46,740 nucleotides of DNA, taken from NCBI GenBank assembly GCA_002774875.1, contig PCYM01000006.1, positions 91,095 through 137,834 on the forward strand, written 5' to 3'. Each line of letters starts with the position of its first letter. The first letter of the stretch is position 1. Both the position numbers and the translations under genes were made by a program. The DNA comes from Candidatus Uhrbacteria bacterium CG10_big_fil_rev_8_21_14_0_10_50_16 (lineage in GTDB: Bacteria; Patescibacteriota; Patescibacteriia; UBA9934; UBA11717). Shown in pieces: positions 16,442-25,124 of this stretch. The notes beneath the pieces were generated by a model. The model saw only the letters and a program-made list of their open reading frames with translations, did not search any database and was not told the origin of the DNA.

Positions 16442-17428
16442 TTATTTGTCGTTAAGCACGGACAAAACCTGTTTTACAATCTCCGTCTGGTCTAAATGAA
16501 ATTCTTTGATGAGCTGCTCTGGGTCCCCAGAGGTTCCGAATTGATCCTGCATTCCAACGAATCGCATAGGTGTTGGTTGATAGCGTGCGAGACATTCGGC
16601 TACAGCGCCTCCAAGCCCACCTGTAATCTGCGCCTCCTCAACCGTGACGACCGCGCCACAAGTTTTTGCCACGGCAGCAATTGTTTTGTGGTCGAGCGGT
16701 TTGATCGTGTGACAGTTGACGACTGTTGCATGAATCTGCTTCTCCTCCAGCTGCTTCGCCGCGAGGAGAGCCTGATGCACAAGCGCACCCGTAGCAATAA
16801 TAGCGACGTCCGAACCTTCTCTAAAAATTTCTGCGCGCCCAATTTGAAACGGGGTCTTAGTGGTTGTAAATGAGGGTGTTGCAGAACGTCCAAATCGAAT
16901 ATAAACGGGTCCTTTGATAGCAATACTTGCCTCGACGGCACGCTTTGCCTCTAAATAATCGCAGGGAGAGATAACAGTGAGGTTAGGAAGCACACGCATG
17001 AGTGCAATGTCCTCTAGCATCTGATGCGTGGCGCCATCGGGACCGACCGAGACACCGGCATGAGCCCCCATAATTTTAATTGGCTGATTTTGAATCGCGG
17101 CGCAAAGTCGAATTTGCTCCCAGTTGCGACCAGGAGAAAAGGCCGCGTAACTGGAAATAAACGGAATTTTTCCCTCGAGCGCCAGCCCACCCGCAATAGC
17201 TGCCATGGCTTGCTCGGCAATTCCCATTTGAATGAATCGTTCCGGAAACGCTTCCTTAAATTGGAGGCTGCGCGTTGATTCGGTAAGGTCGCAACACAAC
17301 ACAACCACGTTCTCGTTCTTCTTGCCCGCCTCGACCACGCCATCACCGTACCCAAAACGTGTGGGGATGCGTTTGACGTCCTTGCGATACGTAGCGGGGG
17401 AGAGAGCGGGTTTTCGAGAAGCGGCCAT
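16442..17428 (-). CDS. Transketolase, C-terminal (pyrimidine-binding) subunit
   Basis: MAASRKPAL...RFGYGDGVV...FIQMGIAEQAMAAIAGGLA...GATHQMLEDIALMR. The start was trimmed to the ATG at 17428, 5 nt after the upstream stop. Confidence 0.9.
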   Translation of the reverse strand: MAASRKPALSPATYRKDVKRIPTRFGYGDGVVEAGKKNENVVVLCCDLTESTRSLQFKEAFPERFIQMGIAEQAMAAIAGGLALEGKIPFISSYAAFSPGRNWEQIRLCAAIQNQPIKIMGAHAGVSVGPDGATHQMLEDIALMRVLPNLTVISPCDYLEAKRAVEASIAIKGPVYIRFGRSATPSFTTTKTPFQIGRAEIFREGSDVAIIATGALVHQALLAAKQLEEKQIHATVVNCHTIKPLDHKTIAAVAKTCGAVVTVEEAQITGGLGGAVAECLARYQPTPMRFVGMQDQFGTSGDPEQLIKEFHLDQTEIVKQVLSVLNDK

Positions 17429-17433
17429 AGGTA

Positions 17434-18345
17434 CTATTTTTGTTTTCGCTGGACGGCGCGTGTTACAAGCCAGGCGACCAATCCGATCGGAAGGGCGACG
17501 CCGACGCCGAGGATTACGATCCATATAATTGCCTCAACAAGGAATTGGAACACGATCACGACACTTTGCAGTGCAACAGACAGCGTTTCTCCGGGTTGGA
17601 ATGGCTTGGTAGGAAGCGCAACATGTTCGCGTTCTTGGAGGGTGACGCTGATGGTTGAGTAACTGGTGTGATTGTCCAAGTACTGGATTTGTCCTTGTAA
17701 GCTCTCGATACGTGCACGAACGTTGGAGAGCTCGCGTTGCACACTTAACAAATCACTGACCGAACCGGATCGATTTAATAATACGAGATACGCTTGTTCT
17801 TCACCCTGTGCGACGTTTAATCGTGCTTGGAGATCGGTAAACTGCTCCGTGACATCTTGCGCGTCGGTTGACTCATCAAGAACCTTGATTCCTGCGGACC
17901 GGATCTGTTGCATTGCGGCAGTGTACTGATCGGCGGGGAAGCGCATGGTAATAAATCCATAGCGCGTTCCATCGTAATTTTCCCCGGCATTGGATGTTTG
18001 TACAAACCCACCAAGTGTTTCTGCGAGCTGGCTTAACGTGTCGATGCTTGTTTGTACGCTTTCCACTTGTAATGTGACGTACCCTGTTTTAATGACGCGT
18101 TGATCTGCCGTGGCAGCCGTTTCACCGGCGGTTGGTGGTTCTCCATAGAACCCATCTGAGGCCAACATCATATCGTTCTCGGCGTATCGAGCACCATCCA
18201 TCATGGGAGAGGGCATACCAAAACTTGCCTTTGTCAGTTCCGTGCCACTGGCGGCATCAAATAGCGAAGGAGACCCGTTTACAAGCGCGATCGCACATGC
18301 TCCCACGAGCACTAACGCACCAATTATCCATTCTTTTTTTGTCAT
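17434..18345 (-). CDS. DUF4349-like membrane protein
   Basis: N-terminal TM (EWIIGALVLVGACAIAL), a central segment (RVIKTGYVTLQVESV...MRFPADQY...DVTEQFTDLQARL...RELSNVRARIESLQGQ), and a C-terminal TM pair. The ATG is 1 nt after the tktN stop (TAATATG). Confidence 0.7.
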   Translation of the reverse strand: MTKKEWIIGALVLVGACAIALVNGSPSLFDAASGTELTKASFGMPSPMMDGARYAENDMMLASDGFYGEPPTAGETAATADQRVIKTGYVTLQVESVQTSIDTLSQLAETLGGFVQTSNAGENYDGTRYGFITMRFPADQYTAAMQQIRSAGIKVLDESTDAQDVTEQFTDLQARLNVAQGEEQAYLVLLNRSGSVSDLLSVQRELSNVRARIESLQGQIQYLDNHTSYSTISVTLQEREHVALPTKPFQPGETLSVALQSVVIVFQFLVEAIIWIVILGVGVALPIGLVAWLVTRAVQRKQK

Positions 18346-18346
18346 A

Positions 18347-19207
18347 TTAGTTACATTCGCTATCAATTTTTCCATCGAGCGTTCGCAATTGTGCCAATGC
18401 AGCACGTGCTTCTTGTGGATTTGGTGGTTTCCCGTGCCAGTGATAATCGTACTCCATAAAATCAACGCCCTTACCTGGAATGGTGTGTGCAATAATCACG
18501 GTAGGTTTCTCAGTAACGGCGTGACCTTGGCCAATGGCGTCCACAATCTCTCGCACGTTGTGACCATCGATTTCCATAACATGGAAGTTGAAGGCTTCAA
18601 ACTTGGCGCGTAATCCTTCGAGAGGCATTACAACTTCCGTTGGTCCGTCAATCTGGATGTTGTTGCGATCAATAATCCAGGTCATATTGTGTAGCTTTTC
18701 TTTGCCAGCAAACATGGCAGATTCCCAGGTAATGCCTTCTTCTAACTCGCCGTCGGAGAGGATGCAATAAACGTGTGAGCGTGATTTGTTCATGCGAAGC
18801 GCATAGGCTGCACCGCAGGATTGCGAGGATCCGTTGCCAAGGGGACCGCTTGTGTTCTCGATTCCAGGGAGAACACCGTACTCTGGGTGACCCTGCAGGC
18901 GCGTTCCGTACCGACGCAAAGACATAAGTTCTTTCTTAGGAAAAAACCCAGCATGGGCCATGGCCACGTATTGAATGGGCACTACGTGTCCGCAACTCAA
19001 ATACAACCTGTCACGATGTTTCCAGTTTGGCATCGTGCGTTTGTAACTCATGACATGAAAATAAAGCGTTGCAAAAATTTCTGCCAAATCAAGTGGGCCA
19101 GCAGAGTGACCGGACCCGGCATGCGTGAGCATTTTAATAAGGTCACGTCGCATTTCCTGCGCGCGATCCTCGATTGCACGAACCTCCTCGTCGTGAATAG
19201 TAAGCAT
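18347..19207 (-). CDS. Transketolase, N-terminal (TPP-binding) subunit
   Basis: 286-aa ORF with GSGHSAGPLDLAEIF, GHPE, and the TPP-binding motif SDGELEEGITWE. Confidence 0.9.
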   Translation of the reverse strand: MLTIHDEEVRAIEDRAQEMRRDLIKMLTHAGSGHSAGPLDLAEIFATLYFHVMSYKRTMPNWKHRDRLYLSCGHVVPIQYVAMAHAGFFPKKELMSLRRYGTRLQGHPEYGVLPGIENTSGPLGNGSSQSCGAAYALRMNKSRSHVYCILSDGELEEGITWESAMFAGKEKLHNMTWIIDRNNIQIDGPTEVVMPLEGLRAKFEAFNFHVMEIDGHNVREIVDAIGQGHAVTEKPTVIIAHTIPGKGVDFMEYDYHWHGKPPNPQEARAALAQLRTLDGKIDSECN

Positions 19208-19216
19208 AGTAAGTAG

Positions 19217-19225
19217 AGTATAACA
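19217..19225 (-). promoter_or_regulatory. Extended -10 promoter (TGTTATACT) 9 nt upstream of the tktN ATG
   Basis: The rc of agtataaca is TGTTATACT. There is no Shine-Dalgarno site. Confidence 0.5.
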
Positions 19226-19230
19226 AAATT

Positions 19231-19293
19231 GGGGGCTGGGAGATAGGGAAGATGGTGGGTTATAGGAAATGGAAAATGGGTAATGGTAGGGGA
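19231..19293 (+). repeat. 63-nt G-rich, nearly C-free tract (G-run rich)
   Basis: GGGGGCTGGGAGATAGGGAAGATGGTGGGTTATAGGAAATGGAAAATGGGTAATGGTAGGGGA. It has a single C on the plus strand and lies immediately upstream of the tktN promoter. Confidence 0.7.
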
Positions 19294-19309
19294 CGACTGA
19301 TGTGTTGCT

Positions 19310-19402
19310 CTAAATGTTCTTGATTCCTTCGCCGAGTATCCTCATCTTCAAACACATGCGTTTTAAAGAGACTCTGCATAGGCTCCATCTTTCAAAACAC
19401 AC
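19310..19402 (-). CDS. Candidate small Cys-rich protein (30 aa from a GTG start; 44 aa from the ATG at 19442 if the G5 run at 19411-19415 is one nt too long)
   Basis: The frame reads VCFERWSLCRVSLKRMCLKMRILGEGIKNI*. It shares C-x6-C-R-x3/4-K-x2-C-x-K-M-x3-G-E-G-x-K with the right-edge ORF (46591-46740). A host-type TGCTATAAA box lies 7 nt upstream of the ATG at 19442. Confidence 0.3.
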   Translation of the reverse strand: MCFERWSLCRVSLKRMCLKMRILGEGIKNI

Positions 19403-19587
19403 GTGTTCTTGGGGGCGAAGGGCTGGATCTGATCGCGAGCATCTCTCTTTTATAGCACGGCCGGGGTCCTTCGACTCCGTTCATACAACTCACTCCGCTC
19501 AGGATGACATGAAGAGATCCTTCCCTACGCGTGCCCGCCTGCGGAGGGAGGGGTAACTCACAACGATACTTGTAGACATCGTAAACC

Positions 19588-19613
19588 AAAACACCGCCCG
19601 GAGGCGGTGTTTA
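19588..19613 (-). terminator. Intrinsic terminator of the gene at 19620-20408
   Basis: Stem ACACCGCC/GGCGGTGT with loop CGGA, followed by TTTTGGTTT on the minus strand. Confidence 0.75.
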
Positions 19614-19619
19614 TAGAGC

Positions 19620-20408
19620 TTATTGAACAAAGATTGCACCCGTCAACTGTGAGTTGTAGCTATCAAAGAACGTATACGTCTTTGCTGTATCAAACTGCTG
19701 TACGTATGATTGCCCTGGCTGCATGGTTCCGGTTCCCCATCCAAGATCATCGCCTGTGACCGTATGTGCTTCTGTTCCGTTGTTGGTAAAGCGCACGGTG
19801 CGTCCTGCCTCAATGGTCACACTGTTTGGTGCGTAGTTTGCATCGGTGATTGATACATCAACAGGGAGGTGAAGACCTTTGTCGACGTTAATCGATGTTG
19901 CCGCGGCGGCTGCCGTTGTTCGATTAAAATCGCTCGCTGCGTTGATTGGATCTCCTACCTGGTAGTTGGTAAAGAATCCGTCTGGGATGTCATCGATTTG
20001 CTTGTTCCAGGTTGGTCCATAGAGTGCAATCGCCACCGCCTCACTGGTAACCCATCGAAGGGTTCCGTCAGATGCTGGTGCGTAGGTCTTTGGATCCGTG
20101 TTGATCTTGATCATTCGTCCGCCTGGTTTGTAGGTGACGTTTCCACCAATCTGGATGTTGGCAAGCTGTGCGTCTGTAATCCAGACCACGCTGCTAAAGT
20201 CATTGCCAAACCATGTTTGATACGTTGCAAAGTTTGGGAAGACGTAGCGGAAGCCATCGTTTCCATAGTAGTACACGGCGGTGTAGGTTTCGCCGCGGAT
20301 CAAATCTCCTGGCTGAAGGGCAACCTCTGCGTTTGCACGTGGCTGTCCGGAAAGGAGAAGGGCACCGATCACGCCCAGGATGGATAGTGTCGCAAGGACT
20401 TTTTTCAT
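19620..20408 (-). CDS. Secreted protein with a C-terminal cupredoxin-like domain that lacks the Cys/His/Met copper ligands
   Basis: Signal peptide MKKVLATLSILGVIGALLL. The C-terminus VTIEAGRTVRFTNNGTEAHTVTG...TYTFFDSYNSQLTGAIFVQ follows the plastocyanin-like pattern, but D, N and L sit where C, H and M are expected. Confidence 0.6.
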   Translation of the reverse strand: MKKVLATLSILGVIGALLLSGQPRANAEVALQPGDLIRGETYTAVYYYGNDGFRYVFPNFATYQTWFGNDFSSVVWITDAQLANIQIGGNVTYKPGGRMIKINTDPKTYAPASDGTLRWVTSEAVAIALYGPTWNKQIDDIPDGFFTNYQVGDPINAASDFNRTTAAAAATSINVDKGLHLPVDVSITDANYAPNSVTIEAGRTVRFTNNGTEAHTVTGDDLGWGTGTMQPGQSYVQQFDTAKTYTFFDSYNSQLTGAIFVQ

Positions 20409-20509
20409 AGGTGGGTTATGTGTATTTCTATACGTAAACAAAAGTATAGCATGCCGCAAATAAACAGAAAAGAGCCACTTGGGCTCTTTTGAGGCTGGTT
20501 TTCCACAGG

Positions 20510-21151
20510 TTACGGTCGTGCAAGTCTTTGTAGGTCACGCAAGGCGACGAGCGGATCGGATTGTTTAAAAATGGCACTGTTGACCGAGAGATGGGTGGCA
20601 CCGGCTTCTATAATCTCCGGAATCGTCTCCGCATTCACACCAATATCGACGTTTATGAGCAGGTGAGGATAGTCTTGTTCCAACTCGCGTACCTTTTCTA
20701 ACATGAGCGGATTGAATGCTCTACCAGAATAGCCAGGTTCGTTGCCACGGATAAGGACCATGTCTACCTCGTTGAGGAGATGCTCAATGTCGGCGATACG
20801 GGTCTGTGGTAAGAGGGCGATTCCAACCTCTAATTTGTGTTTCTTAATCTCCTGAAGGAGCACACGCATGTCTGTTTTGAGTTCTGCGTGGACAATCGCG
20901 CGGATGGTTTGTGGAAGTTTCGCCCAAGCCTCAATAATTGGCAGGGGGTCGTCTACCATAAGGTCCAGTTCGTACTGCATGAATGTGTCGATGTTGCGGA
21001 TGGTATTTGCATCTCGGAAACTGGAGGTCTCCACAAACGTTCCATCCATAATATCCACGCTCACGGTATCCACGTCTTCTGGGAGAAGGTTGATGTGTTC
21101 TTCAAATTCCTGTGCGGTCTGCACAAGAATTGCAGGAAGGATAATGGCCAT
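20510..21151 (-). CDS. rpe: Ribulose-phosphate 3-epimerase
   Basis: 213-aa ORF with VDIMDGTFV, MVDDP, and GNEPGYSG...VDIGVN, consistent with the TIM-barrel epimerase layout. Confidence 0.85.
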   Translation of the reverse strand: MAIILPAILVQTAQEFEEHINLLPEDVDTVSVDIMDGTFVETSSFRDANTIRNIDTFMQYELDLMVDDPLPIIEAWAKLPQTIRAIVHAELKTDMRVLLQEIKKHKLEVGIALLPQTRIADIEHLLNEVDMVLIRGNEPGYSGRAFNPLMLEKVRELEQDYPHLLINVDIGVNAETIPEIIEAGATHLSVNSAIFKQSDPLVALRDLQRLARP

Positions 21152-21154
21152 AGA

Positions 21155-21733
21155 TTAGTGAATCGCTTGTTTGAGGGTTTGTTTATAGGTTGGAAAATCA
21201 AGTTGGTGTGGTGCACGCTCTACAAGAGTGTATAAACCATGCAGGAGAGTCGTGGCGACTTGATGACATCGTTTAAGAAGTTGCGGATATTTTTCACCCT
21301 CTTGCTCACCGCAAAAGACAGACGTGTCCGATGAGATCAATTTTGCTGTGGAAAGGGATCGATATCTTTTGAAATCGATCATTCTTCTGGTTCCGATGTA
21401 GGCTTGCCATGACGGTTTGAGAAATTTGAGATCTTCTGCAAAGTAGGGGCTTAGAGAACAAAGATAAAGATGTTTTGGTTGTGTTTGTGGTGCTGAGAGA
21501 AACGCAATCATGGCGCCAAAGGAGAATCCAAGCACGTGATTTTCTTCTGTTTTGTGTGTATCGAAAAACGCAAGAAATTCTTGTAGGTGATCCGACATCA
21601 CGTGACGTTTCCATCTGATCGGAACGATCTTTACGCTGTAACCTAGAGATGTGAGGTGCCGTTTTAGCCACGTGTATTGCGGATTGGTTATCTCATGGGT
21701 AAATCCCGGGATAATAAAAAACATCTTTTGCAT
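21155..21733 (-). CDS. Small alpha/beta hydrolase-fold protein
   Basis: 192-aa ORF with the nucleophile elbow GFSFGAM (G-x-S-x-G). It sits between rpe and rpiB. Confidence 0.6.
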   Translation of the reverse strand: MQKMFFIIPGFTHEITNPQYTWLKRHLTSLGYSVKIVPIRWKRHVMSDHLQEFLAFFDTHKTEENHVLGFSFGAMIAFLSAPQTQPKHLYLCSLSPYFAEDLKFLKPSWQAYIGTRRMIDFKRYRSLSTAKLISSDTSVFCGEQEGEKYPQLLKRCHQVATTLLHGLYTLVERAPHQLDFPTYKQTLKQAIH

Positions 21734-21738
21734 ACTTG

Positions 21739-22194
21739 CTAGTTTTGCTCCTCGATGTCTTGAATTTTATTGAGGCGACGCACGCGGCGCTCGGCGGGTT
21801 CAAATGGCGTGGCGAGGAAGGTCTTTACACGCAGTTGCGCCTCGTCGAGTTGTAAATCGATTAGTCGAACGGCGAGACAGAGGACATTGATATCGTCTTC
21901 TGTGCGCGCGGATTGGATTGCCTCTACGGAATATCCAATGCCCGCACGAATGCCGTCGGTTTTGTTGGCCACAATGCACACACCCTCGGCATTGCCACAC
22001 AAAAGGATGCCGCAGGACTCAGGATTCTGTGCGACAGCCTCGGCTACCGCGTGCCCAAAATCAGGGTAGTCGTCCTGTGGGTCGTACTCCACGTTTCCGA
22101 GGTCTTTTACCGTATATTCTAAATCCAACAGCCATGCCTCCAACTGTTCTTTCAGGTCAAAGCCTGCATGATCTCCGCCAAGATAAATAGTCAT
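21739..22194 (-). CDS. rpiB: Ribose-5-phosphate isomerase B
   Basis: MTIYLGGDHAGFDLK...GILLCGNAEGVCIVANK is the RpiB/LacAB family pattern. The start was trimmed to the ATG at 22194. Confidence 0.9.
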   Translation of the reverse strand: MTIYLGGDHAGFDLKEQLEAWLLDLEYTVKDLGNVEYDPQDDYPDFGHAVAEAVAQNPESCGILLCGNAEGVCIVANKTDGIRAGIGYSVEAIQSARTEDDINVLCLAVRLIDLQLDEAQLRVKTFLATPFEPAERRVRRLNKIQDIEEQN

Positions 22195-22202
22195 ATAAGG
22201 GC

Positions 22203-22211
22203 AGTATAACA
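22203..22211 (-). promoter_or_regulatory. Extended -10 promoter (TGTTATACT) 8 nt upstream of the rpiB ATG
   Basis: The rc of agtataaca is TGTTATACT. There is no Shine-Dalgarno site. Confidence 0.5.
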
Positions 22212-22297
22212 TGAGACTCGCTCTTTCGGATCAACCATTGATATAATGCAAGAACTAGGCTAATCTATAAGAACTAATACGTAACGCCTACAGAGTT

Positions 22298-25123
22298 ATG
22301 GCAGAACGCAAAGGAGCAGACGCCCGCGAACAGGATGTGCTGGAATATTGGAAAAAGAACCGAATCTTTGAACGTTCCGTAGAAGAGCGACCGGAGGACA
22401 ATCAATTTGTGTTTTACGATGGGCCGCCGTTTGCAACGGGAACGCCGCATTATGGCCACCTTGTTGCCGGAACCATGAAAGACGTTGTGCCGCGCTATTG
22501 GACGATGCGCGGAAAACGCGTCGAGCGTGTGTGGGGGTGGGATTGTCATGGATTACCGATTGAGAACTTAATTGAGAAAGATCTTGATTTGGGCTCGCGC
22601 GATAAAATTCAGGCGTTTGGGATTGATAAATTCAACGAGTCTTGTAGGGCACGCGTGTTGGAATATGCGGATGTGTGGGAGCAGGTGGTTTATAGGCTCG
22701 GTCGTTGGGTGGACATGGAGCATTGTTATCGCACCATGGATACAAATTACATGGAGTCCGTTTGGTGGGCATTTAAGACGCTTTGGGAAAAAGAAGCGTT
22801 GTATGAAGGGTATCGACCGATTCACATCTGCCCGCGCTGTGCCACCACGTTGTCTTCTTCAGAATCTGGATCTAATTACGCCGATATTACAGACACGTCC
22901 GTGACGGTTCGGTTTAAATTAACGGATGAAGAGGACACGTTTGTGCTTGCTTGGACCACCACACCATGGACGTTGCCAGGGAATATGTTGCTTGCCGTTG
23001 GAGCAAAGATTGCCTATGTAAAAGTTAAACAGCGTCACGAATTTTTGATCGTGGCAAAGGAGCGATTGGAGGCGGTGATGGATGGTGAGTACGAGGTGAT
23101 TGAGGAATTGTCGGCCGCAAATTTAATCGGAAAGCACTATCAGCCATTGTTTCCATATTTTGCCGATCGTAAAAATGCGTTTCGTGTTGTTGCGGCCGAG
23201 TTTGTGACCACAGATGAGGGAACTGGCATTGTGCATATTGCTCCAGGCTTTGGAGAGGACGACTTTTATGTGGGACAGGCGGAGCAACTCGATATTATTC
23301 GTCATGTAAATATCGACGGAACATTTACGGAAGACGTGACGGGGTTTGCAGGGTTGCAAGCCAAGCCAAGCGATAAAAATATTTTGGAATATTTGGCGGG
23401 GCATGGATCGGTGTACATGACAAAACAATTGCGACACAGCTATCCGCTTTGTTGGCGTTGTGATACACCGTTGCTCAATTACACCACTAATTCTTGGTAT
23501 ATTCGCGTGTCGGCCATGCGAGATCAGTTGCTCGCGTTGAATCAACAAACCACGTGGGTGCCGGACAACATGAAGAACGGTCGCTTTGGGAACTGGTTGG
23601 AAGGGGCGCGTGATTGGTCGGTGAGTCGAAGTCGCTACTGGGGCGCACCGTTGCCTGTTTGGAAATCGGAAGATGGAGAGGTGATGGTGATTGGATCCGT
23701 CGCAGAACTTGAGGCGTTGTCTGGGCAAAAGGTTGAGGATTTGCACAAGCATATTGTGGATAAAATTACGTTTGAGAAAGACGGAAAACGCTACACGCGT
23801 ATCCCCGAGGTGTTAGACTGTTGGTTTGAGTCGGGCTCTATGCCGTACGCACGGTTGCATTATCCGTTTGAAAATCAAGAAAAGTTTGAAGCAGGATTGC
23901 CTGCAGATTTTATTGCCGAAGGGCAGGACCAAACGCGCGGATGGTTTTATTCTCTGCATGTGTTGTCCGCAATTTTGTTTGAGAAGCCTTCGTTTAAGAA
24001 CGTGATTGTCAACGGGCTCGTAATGGCCGAAGACGGGAAGAAGATGAGTAAGCGTTTGCAGAACTACCCAGACCCTATGGAGGTGGTCAATCGTTATGGC
24101 GCCGATGCGCTCAGATTATATTTGATGAGCTCGCCGGTAGTGAATGCAGAGAACTTGCGGTTTAAGGAATCGGGCGTCAAAGAGGTTTCCAACAAGTTTG
24201 TTGGAACGTTGAATAACGTCTTGAGTTTTTATCAACTCTTTGTGCACGCAGTCCCAGAGATTGTGCAGCCAGAGGAGTTACACCCACTCGATAGATGGAT
24301 CCTCGCCTTGTTGCAACAGACACGCGAGCGCGTCACGGCTTCGATGGATGCGTATGAACTTGCGCCAGCCGCGCGCGAGCTGCAGGACTTTGTCACGGAA
24401 TTGTCACAATGGTATGTGCGTCGCAGTCGTGATCGGTTTAAGGATGGATCGTCCGAAGATTTTCGTGTGGCGTCGCGTGTGTTGTATCGCGTGTTAGAGA
24501 TGCTCGCGCGTTTGATTGCTCCGTTTACGCCGTTTATAGCTGAGGAGGTTTACCGTGGTATTGCGGATCGCCCTGAGGAGGACTCCGTGCATTTGGCGCT
24601 GTGGCCGATGGCGGATGATCTTGATTTTCAGGACACGGAGATTTTGGGAACCATGAAAACGGTGCGAGAGTTGGTGACGCGCGTGTTGGATCAGCGGACG
24701 GAGGCCAAAATTCCTGTGCGACAAATCCTGCAGTCGGCTGTGGTGCGGTCAGAGAAGGAATTGCCAGAAGTCTGCTTGGAGATTATTCGTGACGAGGTCA
24801 ATGTGCAGTCGATTACCTGGGAACAGGGGGAGACGAGCGTGACGTTGGATACCGTTTTGACGCCAGAGCTGCGCCAGGCAGGAATCGTGCGTGAGTTGCA
24901 GCGACAGGGAAACGCCTTGCGAAAAGACGCGGGATTGCAGCGTGATGACGTAATTACGTTCTATTGGGAGTCAGATAACGCGGATGTCATTGCGACGTTC
25001 GAGGCATCCTTTGAGGAGATTGCGACACGTGTGAACGCAAAGGCAATCGTGCGTGGGTTGGGAGATGCGACGCAGACGGCGGAAGTAAAGATGTCGGAGG
25101 GAACAACCATGATTGGGCTGTAA
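22298..25123 (+). CDS. ileS: Isoleucine--tRNA ligase
   Basis: 941-aa ORF with the HIGH motif PPFATGTPHYGHLV, WDCHGLPIE, the KMSKS motif GKKMSKRL, and a class Ia editing-domain-sized insert. Confidence 0.95.
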   Translation: MAERKGADAREQDVLEYWKKNRIFERSVEERPEDNQFVFYDGPPFATGTPHYGHLVAGTMKDVVPRYWTMRGKRVERVWGWDCHGLPIENLIEKDLDLGSRDKIQAFGIDKFNESCRARVLEYADVWEQVVYRLGRWVDMEHCYRTMDTNYMESVWWAFKTLWEKEALYEGYRPIHICPRCATTLSSSESGSNYADITDTSVTVRFKLTDEEDTFVLAWTTTPWTLPGNMLLAVGAKIAYVKVKQRHEFLIVAKERLEAVMDGEYEVIEELSAANLIGKHYQPLFPYFADRKNAFRVVAAEFVTTDEGTGIVHIAPGFGEDDFYVGQAEQLDIIRHVNIDGTFTEDVTGFAGLQAKPSDKNILEYLAGHGSVYMTKQLRHSYPLCWRCDTPLLNYTTNSWYIRVSAMRDQLLALNQQTTWVPDNMKNGRFGNWLEGARDWSVSRSRYWGAPLPVWKSEDGEVMVIGSVAELEALSGQKVEDLHKHIVDKITFEKDGKRYTRIPEVLDCWFESGSMPYARLHYPFENQEKFEAGLPADFIAEGQDQTRGWFYSLHVLSAILFEKPSFKNVIVNGLVMAEDGKKMSKRLQNYPDPMEVVNRYGADALRLYLMSSPVVNAENLRFKESGVKEVSNKFVGTLNNVLSFYQLFVHAVPEIVQPEELHPLDRWILALLQQTRERVTASMDAYELAPAARELQDFVTELSQWYVRRSRDRFKDGSSEDFRVASRVLYRVLEMLARLIAPFTPFIAEEVYRGIADRPEEDSVHLALWPMADDLDFQDTEILGTMKTVRELVTRVLDQRTEAKIPVRQILQSAVVRSEKELPEVCLEIIRDEVNVQSITWEQGETSVTLDTVLTPELRQAGIVRELQRQGNALRKDAGLQRDDVITFYWESDNADVIATFEASFEEIATRVNAKAIVRGLGDATQTAEVKMSEGTTMIGL

Positions 25124-25124
25124 T

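Noticed and set aside
19411-19480. GGGGGCGAAGGGCTGGATCTGATCG resembles a tmRNA 5' end, and GGGGTCCTTCGACTCC resembles a T-arm
   Set aside because: There is no complementary acceptor 3' strand and no CCA. The T-loop-like segment has the wrong loop length. No tag reading frame is present.
22213-22297. T-box or other riboswitch leaders upstream of ileS (22213-22297) and trpS (39778-39845)
   Set aside because: The leaders are far too short. trpS starts 7 nt after its -10 box, and the ileS gap is 85 nt and contains no specifier or T-box sequence.
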